This document shows, in pieces, positions 63,808-64,000 of a stretch of 64,000 nucleotides of DNA (the stretch's first letter is position 1; each line of letters begins with the position of its first letter). The translations under genes and the position numbers were made by a program. The notes beneath the pieces were generated by a model that saw only the letters and a program-made list of their open reading frames with translations, searched no databases and had not been told where the DNA came from. Origin of the DNA: Candidatus Parcubacteria bacterium (GTDB lineage: Bacteria; Patescibacteriota; Minisyncoccia; JACPXH01); assembly GCA_016196625.1 (NCBI GenBank), contig JACPXH010000013.1, forward strand, positions 4,516 through 68,515, in the 5' to 3' direction.

Positions 63808-64000
63808 GTTATCCTTGGCCAAAGCTCACGCCGTAACCGGCACCGGAAGAGTGGCCATCTGCCGGCGGACGTTGAGCGAACGCCTGATCAGAAAAGCGAG
63901 CGCGCCAACGTTGAGTAGAAACAGCCCCACTTCCACCATCGGGAAGAACTGCCGGAACGTGAGCCCCACTTCCCAGAACGCCTTGATGCCTATCCCCTCG
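63808..64000 (-). CDS. 3' end of a membrane protein gene (partial; start lies outside the window)
   Basis: Minus-strand frame is open from the window edge to a TAA, encoding a hydrophobic segment (..VGLFLLNVGALAFLI..). Confidence 0.3.

Noticed and set aside
1-64000. CRISPR arrays and rRNA genes
   Set aside because: No regularly spaced direct repeats with unique spacers and no rRNA-like conserved segments were seen. Only tRNA-Gln was found.

Overview
This 64-kb window is high-GC (roughly 60% or more by eye), gene-dense and mostly transcribed on the minus strand. The gene content and repeat style suggest a reduced, Patescibacteria/CPR-like bacterial genome; this is inference from sequence alone.

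Core genes recognisable from motifs are priA (partial), def-fmt, a DEAD-box helicase, cspA, tRNA-Gln(UUG), dnaX, ftsQ, serS, lysS, greA, the mreB-mreC-mreD-mrdA operon, proS, a type IV pilin, rseP, frr, holB, a second mreB paralog and murA. An envelope glycosylation set is also present: four GT4 genes, two GT39/ArnT-like genes, PAP2, GtrA and a flippase-like TM protein.

The most unusual features are:
- Two small HTH regulators (TrpR/YerC-like at 2.0 kb; PaaX-like wHTH+WDGxW at 18.3 kb), each bracketed by its own AT-rich perfect palindrome (24-32 bp), with solo copies elsewhere. Solo copies lie between a NUDIX-HD gene and serS, downstream of a 1473-aa acidic protein, at the truncated 5' end of a NUDIX gene inside a 95-bp segmental duplication, and upstream of mreB.
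- A 2.3-kb island of unknown genes bounded by two of these palindromes, followed by a 1473-aa Ala/Glu/Pro/Arg-rich giant protein.
- A hairpin-rich 130-156-nt element present twice: once as the in-frame 3' tail of the DEAD-box helicase and once in the serS leader.
- A family of AT-rich heptad-repeat leaders (TTTGRMW-like units) abutting start codons, including TTG starts, of several genes.
- A membrane-anchored VirB4/TraG/HerA-like P-loop ATPase with small SD-bearing neighbours.
- A typA 3' pseudogene remnant.
- A RelE/AbrB toxin-antitoxin pair.
- REP-like GC hairpins (CCACGGGC-loop-GCCCGTGG-AGCTTCA).

No rRNA genes or CRISPR arrays were seen. All calls are by eye; no searches were run.
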